In this document: positions 62,641 to 64,000 of the stretch, piece after piece
Numbering within the stretch: position 1 is the first letter of the stretch
Layout of the letters: every line of letters starts with the position of its first letter
Source: Squalus acanthias
Taxonomy: Eukaryota
DNA length: 64,000 nt
Reading direction: 5' to 3'
Assembly: GCA_030390025.1 (NCBI GenBank)
Contig: CM059425.1
Coordinates: forward strand, 165,356,001 to 165,420,000
Notes under the pieces: model-generated
Database searches by the model: none
What the model was told of the DNA's origin: nothing
Seen by the model: only the letters and a program-made list of their open reading frames with translations
Program-made: the position numbers and the translations under genes

Positions 62641-63585
62641 GGGTTAGATGAAGAAGAGTGGGAGGAGGCTCGTGTGGAGCATAAACACCGGCATGGACCT
62701 GTTGGGCCGAATGGCCTGTTTCTGTGTTATAAATACTAAGTAATACAGAGATGTTTGGCCCTGCAGAGCTTCTGGCTATTGTTTTCAGACAGCTGTCAGA
62801 AGGCCCTGAAGCCAGCAATCATTCCTGCAGTTGGAGGCTTCACAGGAATTTACACCTCCATTTCTAGGTGCAACGATCTACCAAGGGGGTAGGCCTGGAA
62901 CAAGAGCACAATGGGGGCATGCTAATGATCTGAACCCAGAAATACAGGTGGCTTCAAGTCATTGCGGGTAGAGTGCAGTTTGGGTACATTCTGTCTATCT
63001 GGTGCCCAGGCAAAGGGAGGAAGAGAGGAACAACAATTGACCTCACTGTCCTCTGCACCAAAGGGGAAAAGAGTGAAAATTGGAAAAAAAAAAATGAAAA
63101 AATCTCAGGTAAAGATTCCTCCACTCTACCTTAATAGGAAGCAACCTTGATTCTAACTGCAGAAAAGCACCACCTATTGCTCCCATGTGATTTTTTTCTA
63201 TTTCTTATACCAACCATTGTTACAGCCTCTCTGAATACAATTGCCAAACAGAATATTGGAATAATGGACTCTTCTGCATTGTGGAAGCATACACACTAGG
63301 AATTGGGTTTAGACTATCCAGACTCATTTCACAGAACAGTTATAGCAAGTGGGAGGGGATGAGAAAGGGAAAGGGAGAAAAAACACTTTCCACCCATTGG
63401 TATGGGTTGGCTATCAACTCAGATTTCAGAGGTGAATGGACAATGTTGTAAATCTAATTAAGACTATTCAATCCACTGGTGAGTTTCTTTTAGGTGTAAG
63501 TTTCTAATGGTGGGAGCAGACATCATAGCCCAAATAAATACACAGATGGCAGGAACTACTGGAGCAGCAGTGACTATGTTACTCT

Positions 63586-63712
63586 ATTGAGAGGTCGCAC
63601 AACACCAGGTTATAGTCCAACAGTTTTATTTTAAATAAAACTGTTGGACTATAACCTGGTGTTGTGCGATCTCTCAATTTTGTCCACCCCAGTCCAACAC
63701 CGGCATCTCCGC
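63586..63712. repeat. Near-perfect 46-bp-arm inverted repeat (63586-63678), probably a Penelope-like fold-back end
   Basis: One mismatch between arms, 1-nt centre at 63632, AATAAA on both strands at the apex. Confidence 0.85.
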
Positions 63713-64000
63713 ATTATGTTACTGTAATCATGCCTGGATTATTCACACCACAAAATTGTATCAGGTCCAAGGTTACCTTTTTGTGGCTTTGTCTAATCTG
63801 GAAGCAACCTGAAAGCTCACTTGCATTCTTTACAGTACCAGAGGAGTTGAATTATTTTCTTCCCAAACTCCTTTCTAATCTACTTACTGACAGTGCCCAA
63901 GGGAGGTCAGGCTAGTGTGTAACTTGCTCCCGAGCCTTCACCAATTCCCCTCTGAGATAAGAGGTGGATAAGAACAGTCCTCCAACATTCACTCTTCACT

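Overview
Eukaryotic, repeat-dense genomic DNA, very likely from a cartilaginous fish (HE1/V-SINE-like and Deu/SacSINE1-like SINEs, CR1, L2, RTE and Penelope-like pieces). No host protein-coding exon was recognised. The window is dominated by PIF/Harbinger DNA transposons. One near-intact 4.1-kb copy (6295-10412) has an open HARBI1-type DDE transposase and a convergent 3-exon Myb/SANT gene. Four further decayed two-gene copies and about a dozen MITEs are present; one copy (47236-59342) holds a multi-level nest of CR1, RTE and Harbinger insertions. The most unusual element is a 3.2-kb LINE (19168-22425, minus strand). It starts with a tRNA-like Pol III head and SINE-like body, has no room for an ORF1, goes straight into endonuclease-RT coding sequence, and has no TTTT (Pol III terminator) on its sense strand. 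It is a candidate autonomous, Pol III-transcribed SINE-headed LINE. Also notable: fold-back Penelope-type palindromes with minimal hammerhead ribozyme cores, CRE plus TATA-like motifs in Harbinger ends, and minisatellites expanded from seeds inside transposons. All family names come from visual recognition, not database searches, and boundaries of decayed elements are approximate.
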